Under the pieces are notes generated by a model that did no database searches, was not told the origin of the DNA, and saw only the letters and a program-made list of their open reading frames with translations. Positions 26,210 through 35,574 of a DNA stretch of 48,442 bases are shown in pieces. This DNA is from a virus (taxonomy: Duplodnaviria > Caudoviricetes), in IMG/VR virus record IMGVR_UViG_3300033067_001096, positions 1-48,442 of that record; one strand, given 5' to 3'. How positions within the stretch are numbered: the first letter of the stretch is position 1; each line of letters opens with the position of its first letter. Made by a program: the position numbers and the translations under genes.

Positions 26210-26863
26210 TTAGCGCTGCTGCGCCGCGCCGATGTAATCGACCGTCAGGGTCGAAGCGTTGGCCGAGCCGTTCTGGAAGCCGAACGACAGCGCCAGGTCT
26301 TCGTCGTCCGGCGCGTTGGTGAGCGGCACGGAGCCGGCACCGGCGCCGTCGACATAGGCCCGCACGCGGGAGCTCGCCCCGTCATAGTAGAACTCGATCT
26401 CGTACCAGGTGTCGGCCACCAGCGTGGTGATCGCCACTACGGCGCTCTCGGCCGCGTTCTTCTCGATGATCAGGCTGAGGCCGGCTTCGGCCGCGAGCTT
26501 GCGGAAGTAGACGCCGTCCGACACACCACCGATCGGGTCGGTGTCCGTGATATAGAGGCCGGCCATGAAGTCGCCGTCGACACGCGACAGCTTGAAGCGC
26601 ATGGAAAACTGGAGCTTCTTGCCCGAGACGAACTTGAACTGCTCGGTCGGGACTTGGAACCAGTCGGCGTCGTTGTCGGCCGCGTCATTGGTGACGAGCA
26701 GCAAGCCGCCCGGGCCCGCGAGCAGCGCCTCGGTCGCCGAACCCGCGCCGGCTTCCACCGTGGTCAGGGTCCAGTCGGCTGCGGCGTACTTGAAGAAGTC
26801 GTCGAAGAACGCGGCGAATGCAGCGGTCGCGCGGTTGTAGTCGAATTTGCGGTAGGTGGTCAT
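26210..26863 (-). CDS. Putative capsid decoration/minor capsid protein (jelly-roll-like)
   Basis: FFDDF..Y....WT, GG.L, VDYI..AQ.R; directly after the major capsid gene and before the terminator. Confidence 0.55.
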   Translation of the reverse strand: MTTYRKFDYNRATAAFAAFFDDFFKYAAADWTLTTVEAGAGSATEALLAGPGGLLLVTNDAADNDADWFQVPTEQFKFVSGKKLQFSMRFKLSRVDGDFMAGLYITDTDPIGGVSDGVYFRKLAAEAGLSLIIEKNAAESAVVAITTLVADTWYEIEFYYDGASSRVRAYVDGAGAGSVPLTNAPDDEDLALSFGFQNGSANASTLTVDYIGAAQQR

Positions 26864-26963
26864 GGTCGTATTTCCCTTTTTCGGGCGGCACCATTGCCGT
26901 CACCGTGGCCTAGAGGTCCGCCGGGGCGGCGACCAGCCGCCCCGGAGTAGAAACCAGCGGCGG

Positions 26964-27983
26964 TCAGCCGTTGGTGATGTAAAGCGCCATCGGGATTTGC
27001 TTGCGCTCCGCGTAGACGCGGTCCCAGTTGGCGGCGAGCCGAAGCTCGGCGTTCGACGGGAACTCGGCCGCGACCGAAGCATCCGTCCACTTGACGCCGT
27101 AGGGGTGGATCGCGAACTGGCGACGGGTCCACAGCGTCTCGACGCCCGCGCCGTCGCCGGCGCTCTCGTCTTCTTCCACGGCCACTGGCTTGGCGGGCGG
27201 GCTCTCGGCCCAGCCGAGTGCGTTCGGGCCGAACAGGTAGGTGTGGTAGCGGGTGCGGTTCGTGCCGACGACCGTGGTCGTGCGATCCGAAACGTGGACG
27301 CGCTTGCCCATGAAGGTCTTGCGCATGCCGCCTTCAGCCTTGCTGTCCGGGATGAAGTCGATCAGGTCGTTCTTCGCCAGGCGGGTCTCGACGACCGAGT
27401 GCATGACGATAAGCGAGAGCTGCTCCTTCGCGTCGCCCATCGTCTGGGCGGCGTCCATGAGGCCTTCAGCGTTGAACAGTTCACCGGCGGACGGAGCGCC
27501 GACAGCATCCGTGCTGTCGTCGTTGACCATGTCGCCGCTGTCGTTGGCCACGTTGTCGGCGAACACGCCGCGCACCGAGGCGATGGCGATGTCGTCGAAC
27601 TGGCGTGCCCAGTAGTCGCCGACGCGCGACGAGATGTGCTTCATCGGGTCGGAACCCGCGAGCTCGGCCGTCAGGTTGGCCGTCGACCAGCCACGGGTGC
27701 GGAACTGGCGGCGGGCGATGTCGGTGCCCGAGGTCAGCTTCGACGGGATGGCGTGGCTGTCAGGATCGTCCGACGCGGTGTCGCTCTCGGTGTCGTCCAG
27801 GTCCTTCCAGAACGGCACGTTGAAGGTGCGGCCGCCGCCGGCGAGCTTCGCCGCGAGGTCGCCGTCCGAACGCATGACGCCGGACTGGTAGAAGGCCATC
27901 GTCTGGATCGTGTCCTTCGACATGAAAGTCGAGAAGACGGTCGGAACGACAGCGTCGGAAAGGCGGGTGGTGACCGAGGCCAT
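26964..27983 (-). CDS. Major capsid protein, SPP1 gp13-like (HK97 fold)
   Basis: T.LSD.VVP.VF, AFYQSG, GGG.T.NVPFW.DLD, LAGSDPM..I.SRV..YWAR, MHS, HP.GVKWT, ANW.RVY..K.I match SPP1 gp13 as I recall it. Confidence 0.88.
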   Translation of the reverse strand: MASVTTRLSDAVVPTVFSTFMSKDTIQTMAFYQSGVMRSDGDLAAKLAGGGRTFNVPFWKDLDDTESDTASDDPDSHAIPSKLTSGTDIARRQFRTRGWSTANLTAELAGSDPMKHISSRVGDYWARQFDDIAIASVRGVFADNVANDSGDMVNDDSTDAVGAPSAGELFNAEGLMDAAQTMGDAKEQLSLIVMHSVVETRLAKNDLIDFIPDSKAEGGMRKTFMGKRVHVSDRTTTVVGTNRTRYHTYLFGPNALGWAESPPAKPVAVEEDESAGDGAGVETLWTRRQFAIHPYGVKWTDASVAAEFPSNAELRLAANWDRVYAERKQIPMALYITNG

Positions 27984-27995
27984 GGTATTTCTCCG

Positions 27996-28961
27996 TTAGG
28001 GCTGAAGCCCGTAATCCGCGGGCTTCTTGCCGGCGGCCGCGATGAACGACCGGGCGGCTTGCTCGTCCTCTTTGATCATCTTCATGGCAGCGGTCAGGTT
28101 GTTGCTTGCGCCATCCGCGAACGGGTTGTTGAGGCGGTCAGGGCGGCCCTTGAGGACCTCGTCTTCCTTGTAGATCGCGGAGCCAAACTTGGCCAGCATA
28201 ACTGCGATCGGCTCGGACATGACGACCCCACCGGCTTCGCCGATGAGACCCACGCGCTTGAACTCCGCGATGGCCGCGTCGCCCCCGACATCGCGCAGCG
28301 CGCGGTCGGCAAACGCCAGATTGGCCTTCGCGGTTTCCCCCTCGAGCGGCCCCCACAGCTTGATCAGCTTCTGGGTCTCGCCCTTCGCGGTCTCGATCTT
28401 GCGGGCGTTCTCGGCTTCGATGCTGCCCTTGAAGTCCTTGACGCTTGTGCCCGCAGCCCAGTCATGGAGTGCGGATGCCTGCTCCTTGTTGAGCTTCAGC
28501 TGCTTGGCCAAAGCCTTGAACTCGGTGGCGCGCTCGGCGTCGTAGGGTAGTTCGGGCGGAAGGTCCTTCGGCACCTTGAGTTCATACTCGTCGGCCGTCT
28601 TCGGCACGCCGAGCTTTTCCTCATAGGCAGCGATCTCTTCCGGTTTCGCATCCTTGCCGGGAATGCGTATCGCATTACCGAGCAACTTCGACTGCTCATG
28701 AGCGAGTTTCGCGGCCGCCTTGGCGTCCTTGACTTCTCGCTTTGACAACCAATCGCGGGTATCTGTGTCCAGGTCCGCAAACGGGTCGGCGTCGGCGCCA
28801 ACTGCAGCGGGACTTTTTGCTGCTTCGGCTCCCTTGTCGGCGACCTGGGTGACTGGCTTTCCTGCGTCGGGGTTTCCCGCTGCGGCGGCCGCGATGGCTG
28901 CTGCGTCCGGGGTCCCGGCGGCTGGGTCGGCTGTTCCAGTAGCGTCGACGGTCATGCTCAC
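27996..28961 (-). CDS. Capsid scaffolding protein
   Basis: Acidic/Ala-rich N-terminus, IPGKDA.PEE....EKLGVP.TADEY, L...QA; position before the major capsid gene. Confidence 0.75.
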   Translation of the reverse strand: MSMTVDATGTADPAAGTPDAAAIAAAAAGNPDAGKPVTQVADKGAEAAKSPAAVGADADPFADLDTDTRDWLSKREVKDAKAAAKLAHEQSKLLGNAIRIPGKDAKPEEIAAYEEKLGVPKTADEYELKVPKDLPPELPYDAERATEFKALAKQLKLNKEQASALHDWAAGTSVKDFKGSIEAENARKIETAKGETQKLIKLWGPLEGETAKANLAFADRALRDVGGDAAIAEFKRVGLIGEAGGVVMSEPIAVMLAKFGSAIYKEDEVLKGRPDRLNNPFADGASNNLTAAMKMIKEDEQAARSFIAAAGKKPADYGLQP

Positions 28962-29269
28962 TCCTCGTCGGACTGAAGCTCACGCAGCGAAGCGCGCCTC
29001 ATGTCGTCAAGTTTGGTCATCGGTACATCAAGTAGGAACAAAATCCTAGCGAAAACTTTGCGTGCGCCGTAGTGCTCGCGGAGCTCGGCATCGGAGGCGG
29101 TGAGCGGCAGGTAGTGGTAGCCGCTCTCGTAGGCCAGGTCGCTGACCGCCAGCTCGGCGTCCTCGCGACTGCCGCGACCTTCCATGATGGCGGTCCACGC
29201 TTGGCTAAGCCGCGCGTCGGCTTCCGGGTTGCGGTGCCCGCCCGCCATCAAGTCGCGGATCGTGATCAT
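28958..29269 (-). CDS. Bbp19-like small protein
   Basis: About 100 aa between portal and scaffold; ..DL...SGY....G.RKVF.RI pattern. Confidence 0.55.
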   Translation of the reverse strand: MITIRDLMAGGHRNPEADARLSQAWTAIMEGRGSREDAELAVSDLAYESGYHYLPLTASDAELREHYGARKVFARILFLLDVPMTKLDDMRRASLRELQSDEE

Positions 29270-31071
29270 GCGGGTACGGCCTGCTGTGCCGCTCTACCGA
29301 TCTGCGGCATGGCCTTCGGCAGGTTGGTAGCCATGCGCTGCAGCGCCGGTGCGGCGTTGACCGCCTCGGCGCCGCCAGCCATGGCCGCGCCGCCCTCGCC
29401 GATCGCCTTGGCCGCCTCGCCGCTGCCCTTGAGCGTGGCGAGCGCGGCGAGCGCGTTCTGCAGCTGGTTGCCCTGGTCTCGTTCGCCCTGCGCCGCCTCA
29501 CGGTCGACGAGGACCTTGATCGGAGCGCCCAGGATTTCCTGCGCCTGTTCGAGCATCTCGTCGATGTCGAAGCGGGCGAGGATGTCGGCGCCGCGCTTCG
29601 GATCGCCGCCGGCCAGCATGAGCGCGAACTCGACAAGGCGCTGCATGCCGACGAGCTCGCCCATGCGGCGCAGCCGGTCGAGCGGCGAGGAGAAGGACGG
29701 CGAGACGTTCTTCTTCGCCATGCTGTCGGGCATTTCGAGCGGGCTGCCGCTGTCGAAGGCGCGCTGCCGGCCGAGGATGGCGACCTCGCGGTCGAACATC
29801 ATCGACAGGCCCTGGTTCATGGACAGGCCGACCGGGCCGAACAGGTCGCCCTTCTCCTGCGCCTTGATCAGCGCCGCAGTCGCGGTGTCCTGCGTATCAG
29901 GAATGATCAGCTGCCACAGGTTCAGGTAGAGCATCTCGCGCACGCTGTTGCGGCGCGCCTCCATCACGGCCTGGGCGAAGTCGGGGCGGATGCCCGTATT
30001 CATGACCGAGTAGAGCGGCTTGCCGTCCGGCGACATGAGGCCCGGATTGTTGGCACCTGGGTTCCAGTTGATCTTGGTGTAGTTGCGGCCAGCGGTGGCC
30101 GTCGGCGGGCGCATGATCGTCGAGGTGGCGATCAGCTCGTTCTTGGCCATTTCCTGCAACGACTTCAACTCGCCGATCGCATAGGCGACAGGGCCTTCGC
30201 TGAAGGGGCGCGTGCCGGTGTTCGACCACGCATAGCGCACGAAGGGGAACTCGTAGAAACCGCCTTCGCCGATGTGGACCTTGTCGTCGGGCAGGCAGTA
30301 GTGCGACTGGAAAGCGCCAGCCTTGACGCCGAGCTTGCCGACGCGGTCGCCATCCTCGCGCGGCTTGACGCAGTGCATGACGCGGATCGTCTCGTGGCGG
30401 CGCTTCGGGTCGTTGGCCATGTCGATGACCTTCTGGCCGACATTGCCGGTGTGGAACCACTTGCGCGCGATCTGTTCTGCGGACCAGGCGAATACGCTGA
30501 ACATGCGGTTCGGCTGCCCATTCGGCCCCATGCCCGGGTAAAGCTCCATCAGCGGGCGGTACTCGTAGCGGTACGGCACGCGGCTGCCCTTGCCGTGCTG
30601 CTCCTCGACATACATCCAGCCATCGCCGAAGCCGCACATCGACTTGATGGCCGAGCGGTGCGCCGCCCAGAAGCCGCTCTGCGGATTGGAGCGGACCTTG
30701 AACTGGTAGTTGCGCAGGCGCTCGAGCGCCACGTCCTCGGCGTGCGTCGGCTCACCTCCGAAATAGTCGTCGAGCTGGTTGCCGTGCCAGAACTCGGTCT
30801 CGGGCGTCTTGAGCGAGAGCAGGCCGGCGGTCAGCCGCTCGATCGCCCACAGGCTGGTCATGTCGTAGAGGTCGGGTGCCTTGGCGTAGGAGGCCGGCGT
30901 CGAGACGACGCTCGTGATCGCCTGCACCATGTTGGTGCCGATCATCATGTCGAAGTCTTCTGTCTGCGGCAGCACGTACTTGGCGATGTCGCGCCAGTAG
31001 CGTTCCCAGTGGATGCGCGCGTTGGCGAGCGCCGTCCACTCGTCCACGCAGTCTTGGACGATGCCGCTCAA
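29266..31071 (-). CDS. Portal / head-tail connector (T7 gp8/Bbp21-like)
   Basis: WE..W.DIA.YVLP, L..GL.S..TP...W, GGFYEFPF..YAW, TAT....AQEK...GPV, F.SPL.R. Confidence 0.9.
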   Translation of the reverse strand: MSGIVQDCVDEWTALANARIHWERYWRDIAKYVLPQTEDFDMMIGTNMVQAITSVVSTPASYAKAPDLYDMTSLWAIERLTAGLLSLKTPETEFWHGNQLDDYFGGEPTHAEDVALERLRNYQFKVRSNPQSGFWAAHRSAIKSMCGFGDGWMYVEEQHGKGSRVPYRYEYRPLMELYPGMGPNGQPNRMFSVFAWSAEQIARKWFHTGNVGQKVIDMANDPKRRHETIRVMHCVKPREDGDRVGKLGVKAGAFQSHYCLPDDKVHIGEGGFYEFPFVRYAWSNTGTRPFSEGPVAYAIGELKSLQEMAKNELIATSTIMRPPTATAGRNYTKINWNPGANNPGLMSPDGKPLYSVMNTGIRPDFAQAVMEARRNSVREMLYLNLWQLIIPDTQDTATAALIKAQEKGDLFGPVGLSMNQGLSMMFDREVAILGRQRAFDSGSPLEMPDSMAKKNVSPSFSSPLDRLRRMGELVGMQRLVEFALMLAGGDPKRGADILARFDIDEMLEQAQEILGAPIKVLVDREAAQGERDQGNQLQNALAALATLKGSGEAAKAIGEGGAAMAGGAEAVNAAPALQRMATNLPKAMPQIGRAAQQAVPA

Positions 31072-31271
31072 GCCGATGCCCCCAGCCGGGCGAGCTTCAC
31101 GGTGCTCTTGCCGTAGTTGCTGTCGCCGAGCGCGCCCCTGTCGCCATAGAGCTGCCCGTAGACGCCCTGCTGATCCTTCATCTTGACGCGGGCGTCCATC
31201 ACTTCACCCTGCACGTCCTTGCGGCTCGGCGAGGGCGCGACGGCGGGTGCCTTGGGTGTCTTGAAGCACAC
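31068..31271 (-). CDS. Small virion protein preceding the portal
   Basis: MCFKTPKAP start typical of small podovirus proteins upstream of the portal. Confidence 0.55.
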   Translation of the reverse strand: MCFKTPKAPAVAPSPSRKDVQGEVMDARVKMKDQQGVYGQLYGDRGALGDSNYGKSTVKLARLGASA

Positions 31272-31275
31272 GGGC

Positions 31276-31557
31276 TTAGCCTCCGAAAACGAGGGACACG
31301 ATGACGGACGCCACTGCTGCGGTGATGGCTGCGGCCATCAGCACGTCAAGGACGCCGGTGCCTGACTTGTGGCCGTCATCGGCGAACAGGTCATCGGCCT
31401 GCAACGTGAGCTGCGCGACCTGGAAAATGTAGGTCAGCCCCGCTGCCACGAACACGAGCGCCACGGCTGTCTTCGAGCCGGCCATGACGCCGAGCACGAG
31501 CGCGGCGAGGTACGCGGTGACGCCGTAGACGATGACGGCAAGCTTCCCGGCGGTCAT
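31276..31557 (-). CDS. Membrane protein (3 TM)
   Basis: Three hydrophobic segments; ATGA coupling. Confidence 0.6.
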   Translation of the reverse strand: MTAGKLAVIVYGVTAYLAALVLGVMAGSKTAVALVFVAAGLTYIFQVAQLTLQADDLFADDGHKSGTGVLDVLMAAAITAAVASVIVSLVFGG

Positions 31558-31730
31558 GACGCTTGTTTCTCTCCGAGATACTCCTCGGTCACAACGAAGG
31601 TGCCCTTCGCCGGGTGCGGCAGATGGAACGATTTTTCTTGCCCGTGCTCGACTGTCACCGGCTCGCGGTCGTCCTGCACCACAGTCGCCCGATAGTTGCC
31701 GTTGACGTGGACCTTAACCGTGGTTGTCAT
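31554..31730 (-). CDS. Hypothetical 58-aa protein (MTTTVKVHVNGNYRATVV...)
   Basis: Not in the ORF track; AGGAG RBS and ATGA overlaps at both ends. Confidence 0.6.
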   Translation of the reverse strand: MTTTVKVHVNGNYRATVVQDDREPVTVEHGQEKSFHLPHPAKGTFVVTEEYLGEKQAS

Positions 31731-32224
31731 TTGGCTCTCCTGCGCTCGTTCCTGATACTGCTAAGCCGGTCGGACGTCCAGCGGAATAGTAGGAATTTTT
31801 CCCTATTGGCTCCGAACTCGAAGGCGTCGCCGTGCTGCACCCCGCCCATGGCGGTCAGCCACCGGTGCGCGTCGTGGTGACTGTCGAGGCTGCGCGCCTC
31901 CATCGTCAGGTAGCCCTGGTGCATGCGATCGGGGAGGTGCTCGTCGATCATGAAGCGGTTGATGGCCGGTACGGCGCGCCACACATCAACGGTGCCGAGC
32001 GCCCAGACGCTGAGGCAGGCGACGTTGATCGGGCTCGTGCCGAAGAACGCGACCGGCGCGTCCTTGACGTGCGCCGTGTAGGCCTCGCAGCCCATCAGCA
32101 GATTGTAGGCGAGCTCGTGCCGGCGGGTGCCCGCCGGCACCTGGCACATGACTTCCTCGACGTCAGCGGGGCGCATGTGCGCCAGCACGTAGCTGGCGTC
32201 ACGCAGGACGGCGGGGCGGATCAC
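31727..32224 (-). CDS. GNAT-fold protein, T7 gp13/DUF2833-like
   Basis: IRPA...D...VLAHMRPAD..E, VWALGT, HRWL..MG...F..F. Confidence 0.65.
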   Translation of the reverse strand: MIRPAVLRDASYVLAHMRPADVEEVMCQVPAGTRRHELAYNLLMGCEAYTAHVKDAPVAFFGTSPINVACLSVWALGTVDVWRAVPAINRFMIDEHLPDRMHQGYLTMEARSLDSHHDAHRWLTAMGGVQHGDAFEFGANREKFLLFRWTSDRLSSIRNERRRAK

Positions 32225-32340
32225 GGCAGCAGCCACAGCACCGCCCCGCTGATCAGCCACGCGCTGGTGAAAATGAAGGCTGCCAGACCAGCGATCGCGA
32301 ACAGCGCGAAGGCGGTAAGGAGAAGGAAACGCGCGATCAC
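32221..32340 (-). CDS. Small hydrophobic peptide (39 aa)
   Basis: GTGA overlaps at both ends; GAGG RBS. Confidence 0.45.
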   Translation of the reverse strand: MIARFLLLTAFALFAIAGLAAFIFTSAWLISGAVLWLLP

Positions 32341-34013
32341 CAGCCACCTCTCGGGTCGTCGAGCTCGTCCGACACGCCTTTCGGGCGCCCCGTCCGGCCG
32401 TTCAGTTTCTCGACGATGTCGTCGACATGGTTGAGCACGTTCCAGATTGCCTGGTCGCGGAACTCCCACGCCATGAGCACGGCATCGGCCTCGTCGGTCG
32501 AGGAGCTGATGCGTTTGCGTATCTCCTCCTTGCTCTCGACCTGCAGCTTCTTGCCGGCGATCAGGTAGTGCGGCGTGCAGAGTTGGGCGCGCAGCCTGGT
32601 CGAAGGCGGCAGGCAGATTTCGTACACGCTCTTCGGGTCGAGCGCCTCGCGGAAGCGCCACCACATCTTGGCCCGGTTGTTGAGGAACTGCAGCGGCATC
32701 TTCTCGGCCCATGTGCCGTCGACGCCGGACGATATGAACAGCTCGCACTCGATGCCGTGGCTGCGCTTCAGCAGGCCGCGCGTCTCGCCAGCCCAGCCGC
32801 CCTGCCCGTCGAGCACGATCAGCGCTTGGTCGAGGCGCTGCGTCAGGATCATGCTCTCGACCTCTTCGCCGGTCGGCGTCTCGCTGCCCGGCTGCGTGAG
32901 CAGCTCGTCGAAGTAGTCGGTCTCGTAGAGCGGGGCGAGCACGGTCGTGTCGGCGCCGCCTTGCGCGATATCGCCGGCCAACACCAGCATACGCAGGCGC
33001 TTGACTTCCTCCCAGTGTCGGGCCCGCCAGCGCTCCTGCGCCTGCAGCACCCACAGCGTCGGGATCACCTGGAACGGGTGGTCTTCGCCCTTGATCGTGA
33101 AGTCGCCCAGCAGCAGCATCGAGCGCAATGGCTCGGGCGTGCCGGACATCTTCTCGACGTAGCCGCTGTCCTTCAGGAAGATGTTGTCCTTGATCAGGCT
33201 CTTGATGAAGGTGCGGCTGCGCGCTGTCGCGACGCGGCCGCGGTTGATATCGTCCTCGCTCGCCTCGACGCGCAGGCCGGTCTTGATGTCGTAGTGCCCG
33301 GGTCCTTCAACCCACACCGTGGACAGGCGGTCGCCCTCGGCGCGCATGTAGCACCAGCGCAGCTCGCCAGGCTTGGCGGGATTGGCAAAAGTCTCGTCGA
33401 TCCACGGCGCAAACCAGCGGATCAGCCAGTCGCCGACCGCGGTGTCGGTCATCACGCCGTCCTTGATCTCGGGGATCGGCGGGTTGGTCGCGAAGACGAC
33501 GCGCTTGCGCTGCCTTGGGTCGGTCGAGCGCACCCAGTTGCAGACGAAGTTAACGCGCAGCTCGTCGAGGAGAGCGGCCTCGTCGAAGCCCATGAAGTCT
33601 CGTGCGCGGCCCATGTGGGCTCGCTCGGATCCGGGCTCGCTCAGATGGCCACCGTCGATAGTCCTGCCGTCCCTGGTCTTCATGGAGCGGCGCACGCTGT
33701 CCGTCTTGGCGGGATCGGGCACGATCTCGGTCAGCCGCTCCCACAGTGACGAGAGATCGACGCTCTGGCTGCGGAAGATCACGCTGCGCTGGTGCGCCGT
33801 GGTCGCCAAGCCGAGCAGCAGGTCGCTCTTGCCGCCGCCGGCTGCGCCCCCGTAGAGCAGCTCGTCCGCTTTGCTGAAGTAGGCGTCGGACTGCGGCCCG
33901 GGCTGCGGCGCCCAGCGCTTGAAGACGGGCAACACGTTGGCCGCATGCGCCTTCAGCACCTCGGGAGGCGCGTTGCGCAGCATGGCTTCGATGTTGTCGA
34001 GAGTGAGGTCCAT
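32337..34013 (-). CDS. terL: Terminase large subunit
   Basis: PQPGPQ, YGGAAGGGKS Walker A, GFDEA Walker B, ATNP, DIAQGGAD.TV nuclease motif, D.ADA. Confidence 0.95.
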   Translation of the reverse strand: MDLTLDNIEAMLRNAPPEVLKAHAANVLPVFKRWAPQPGPQSDAYFSKADELLYGGAAGGGKSDLLLGLATTAHQRSVIFRSQSVDLSSLWERLTEIVPDPAKTDSVRRSMKTRDGRTIDGGHLSEPGSERAHMGRARDFMGFDEAALLDELRVNFVCNWVRSTDPRQRKRVVFATNPPIPEIKDGVMTDTAVGDWLIRWFAPWIDETFANPAKPGELRWCYMRAEGDRLSTVWVEGPGHYDIKTGLRVEASEDDINRGRVATARSRTFIKSLIKDNIFLKDSGYVEKMSGTPEPLRSMLLLGDFTIKGEDHPFQVIPTLWVLQAQERWRARHWEEVKRLRMLVLAGDIAQGGADTTVLAPLYETDYFDELLTQPGSETPTGEEVESMILTQRLDQALIVLDGQGGWAGETRGLLKRSHGIECELFISSGVDGTWAEKMPLQFLNNRAKMWWRFREALDPKSVYEICLPPSTRLRAQLCTPHYLIAGKKLQVESKEEIRKRISSSTDEADAVLMAWEFRDQAIWNVLNHVDDIVEKLNGRTGRPKGVSDELDDPRGGW

Positions 34014-34303
34014 CAGGCGTTGTCGGCGGCTGGCCTGTTCTTGAGGCGCTCAGCACGCTCAGCCCTCATCTCGGCGTCCGCCTTAACGATGTCCGCCGCG
34101 TACTTGTCGAGTTGCCACGCCACATCCTCGCCCATGCCCTGCGACGGGCGCGGCAACAAACTCAGCACTTGGCGCAACAGGTCGTAGGCCTCGGCCTTCG
34201 GCGCGAGACGGTCGATCTGCGCCCGCAAAACCTTTATTTCGTTGCTGGCCTTGCCTGCCATACGGGCAACTTCGAGCGGTTGGGTGTTCGGCATCTCGGT
34301 CAT
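34013..34303 (-). CDS. Hypothetical coiled-coil protein
   Basis: AGGAG RBS before MTEMPNTQ; helical composition. Confidence 0.6.
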   Translation of the reverse strand: MTEMPNTQPLEVARMAGKASNEIKVLRAQIDRLAPKAEAYDLLRQVLSLLPRPSQGMGEDVAWQLDKYAADIVKADAEMRAERAERLKNRPAADNA

Positions 34304-34323
34304 GGTCGTCTCCTGTTGAGGGG

Positions 34324-34641
34324 TTAATTCTTGCGCGCCCAAGGCACAACATAGTCGGCCACGCGCCGCCCCGGCATGATGTCGAGGATCGCGGCGTGCG
34401 TATAGACGAGCATCTCCTCCCAGCCGACGCGCATGGTGAAGTTCGAGAAGCGCAGGCCGTAGGTCTGCTCTTGGAGCTCCCAGTAGGCCTTGCAGCGACC
34501 GGTCCACGCGGGGTCGTTGTCGTTGATCGGCGGCATAAGGTAGCGCCAGGCGTGCGCCCGCAGCGTGCCGATGACCGGCGGCTTGGTCATCCAGCGGTAG
34601 GTGTTGGCGCTGGCGATAAGGGGCTCGGCGGTAGCGGTCAT
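34324..34641 (-). CDS. Hypothetical protein
   Basis: ATGA-coupled ORF with typical codon usage. Confidence 0.55.
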   Translation of the reverse strand: MTATAEPLIASANTYRWMTKPPVIGTLRAHAWRYLMPPINDNDPAWTGRCKAYWELQEQTYGLRFSNFTMRVGWEEMLVYTHAAILDIMPGRRVADYVVPWARKN

Positions 34642-34811
34642 ACCTTGCGGCTCCCTGCCTTAACGCGATAGCGCGGCTTGCCCAGCCACACAAAGCCGAT
34701 CGGCTGCACAAGCGTGGACACGTAGACGTCCATCGTCGGTGCGACCACCGGACTATCGTCGAACAGCTGCCACCACGACTGCTCGTCGCGTATGCCCCAC
34801 CACGAAGTCAT
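34638..34811 (-). CDS. Hypothetical 57-aa protein (MTSWWGIRDEQ...)
   Basis: Not in the ORF track; ATGA overlap with terS and with the next gene. Confidence 0.55.
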   Translation of the reverse strand: MTSWWGIRDEQSWWQLFDDSPVVAPTMDVYVSTLVQPIGFVWLGKPRYRVKAGSRKV

Positions 34812-35365
34812 TTCTCCGCCTCTTGGTGCTCGATTGTCGGTACCGGCGCCTCGATGCCGGCGCGCAGCGTGGCGATCATGGCGATCGCCAAGGCGCGCGG
34901 ATCGGCGTTCACGTTGAGCTCGATGGCTCCTGTCACGTTGACGTCGGTCTGGTCGGTCCAGTCCTTGCGGCGGCGGTTCTTAAGCCAGAAGATCATGGCC
35001 GTCGTGTCGGGCGGCACATGCTCGATCGTATTGACGCGGGTCACCTCGCCCTTGTGGAAGAAAATCTTCTCGCTCGGGAACGAGTAGCCGCGAGCGCGGT
35101 GGTAGAGCGTGGCCTCGACCGCATCGTCGGCGATGTCCTTGCCGATGCGCAGCGCAGCGTCGAATTGCGGGTCTCGAGCACGCCAGAACTGCACCGTGCG
35201 AGCGGTCACGCCGAACGTCTCGGCGATATCGAAATCGGTAGCGCCCGACAGGCCAAGCTCCTTGGCGTCGGCCAGCATTTCCTGCCGGTGCTCGCTCAGC
35301 AGGTCTCGCCTTGTGCGTCGCATGTTTGGGGGGCGAAAGGGGGTCTCAGTCGCGGCTTCTGACAT
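34808..35365 (-). CDS. terS: Terminase small subunit
   Basis: GATD..IA..FGV..RT...W HTH; V...LY.RA.GY; HVPPDTTAMIFWLKNR...W.D. Confidence 0.88.
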   Translation of the reverse strand: MSEAATETPFRPPNMRRTRRDLLSEHRQEMLADAKELGLSGATDFDIAETFGVTARTVQFWRARDPQFDAALRIGKDIADDAVEATLYHRARGYSFPSEKIFFHKGEVTRVNTIEHVPPDTTAMIFWLKNRRRKDWTDQTDVNVTGAIELNVNADPRALAIAMIATLRAGIEAPVPTIEHQEAEK

Positions 35366-35397
35366 GCCCCTACAAATAGCACGCCGAAAAAAGTTGT

Positions 35398-35437
35398 TCT
35401 ATGGTGCTTGACAAGAACCATAGACCTGAGGCAGGAT
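35398..35437 (+). promoter_or_regulatory. Early promoter inside a 27-bp palindrome (operator)
   Basis: TCTATGGTGCTTG-A-CAAGAACCATAGA (one mismatch) contains TTGACA; the -10 element is weak. Confidence 0.6.
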
Positions 35438-35490
35438 GCAGTCACACCAGAAGACCGGGTGAGTTCTTTGACATCGCTGGCAACCAACAA

Positions 35491-35555
35491 GTCGAAACGC
35501 GGGGCAATCCGCGTCGTGACCGGAGCGGCTCTCCGGCGCCTGAATGAGACAAGCC
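35491..35555 (+). ncRNA. Type II hammerhead ribozyme 1 (predicted cleavage after C35515)
   Basis: GUC-GAAA-[CGCGGG GCAA UCCGCG]-UC / GUG-A-CCGGAG CGGCU CUCCGG-CGC / CUGAAUGA-GAC; 3' AGCC pairs with loop GGCU. Confidence 0.8.
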
Positions 35556-35574
35556 CAAAACAAAGGAACCGACC

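Noticed and set aside
26860-26970. T7 10A/10B-style frameshift fusing the capsid to the downstream protein
   Set aside because: The downstream gene's frame has a stop at 26900-26902, and I see no slippery site
8895-33749. Many long + strand ORFs (e.g. 13314-15302, 17141-19102, 20832-22766, 26856-28550), and likewise 77-1015
   Set aside because: Antisense shadows of GC-rich minus-strand genes with no recognisable motifs
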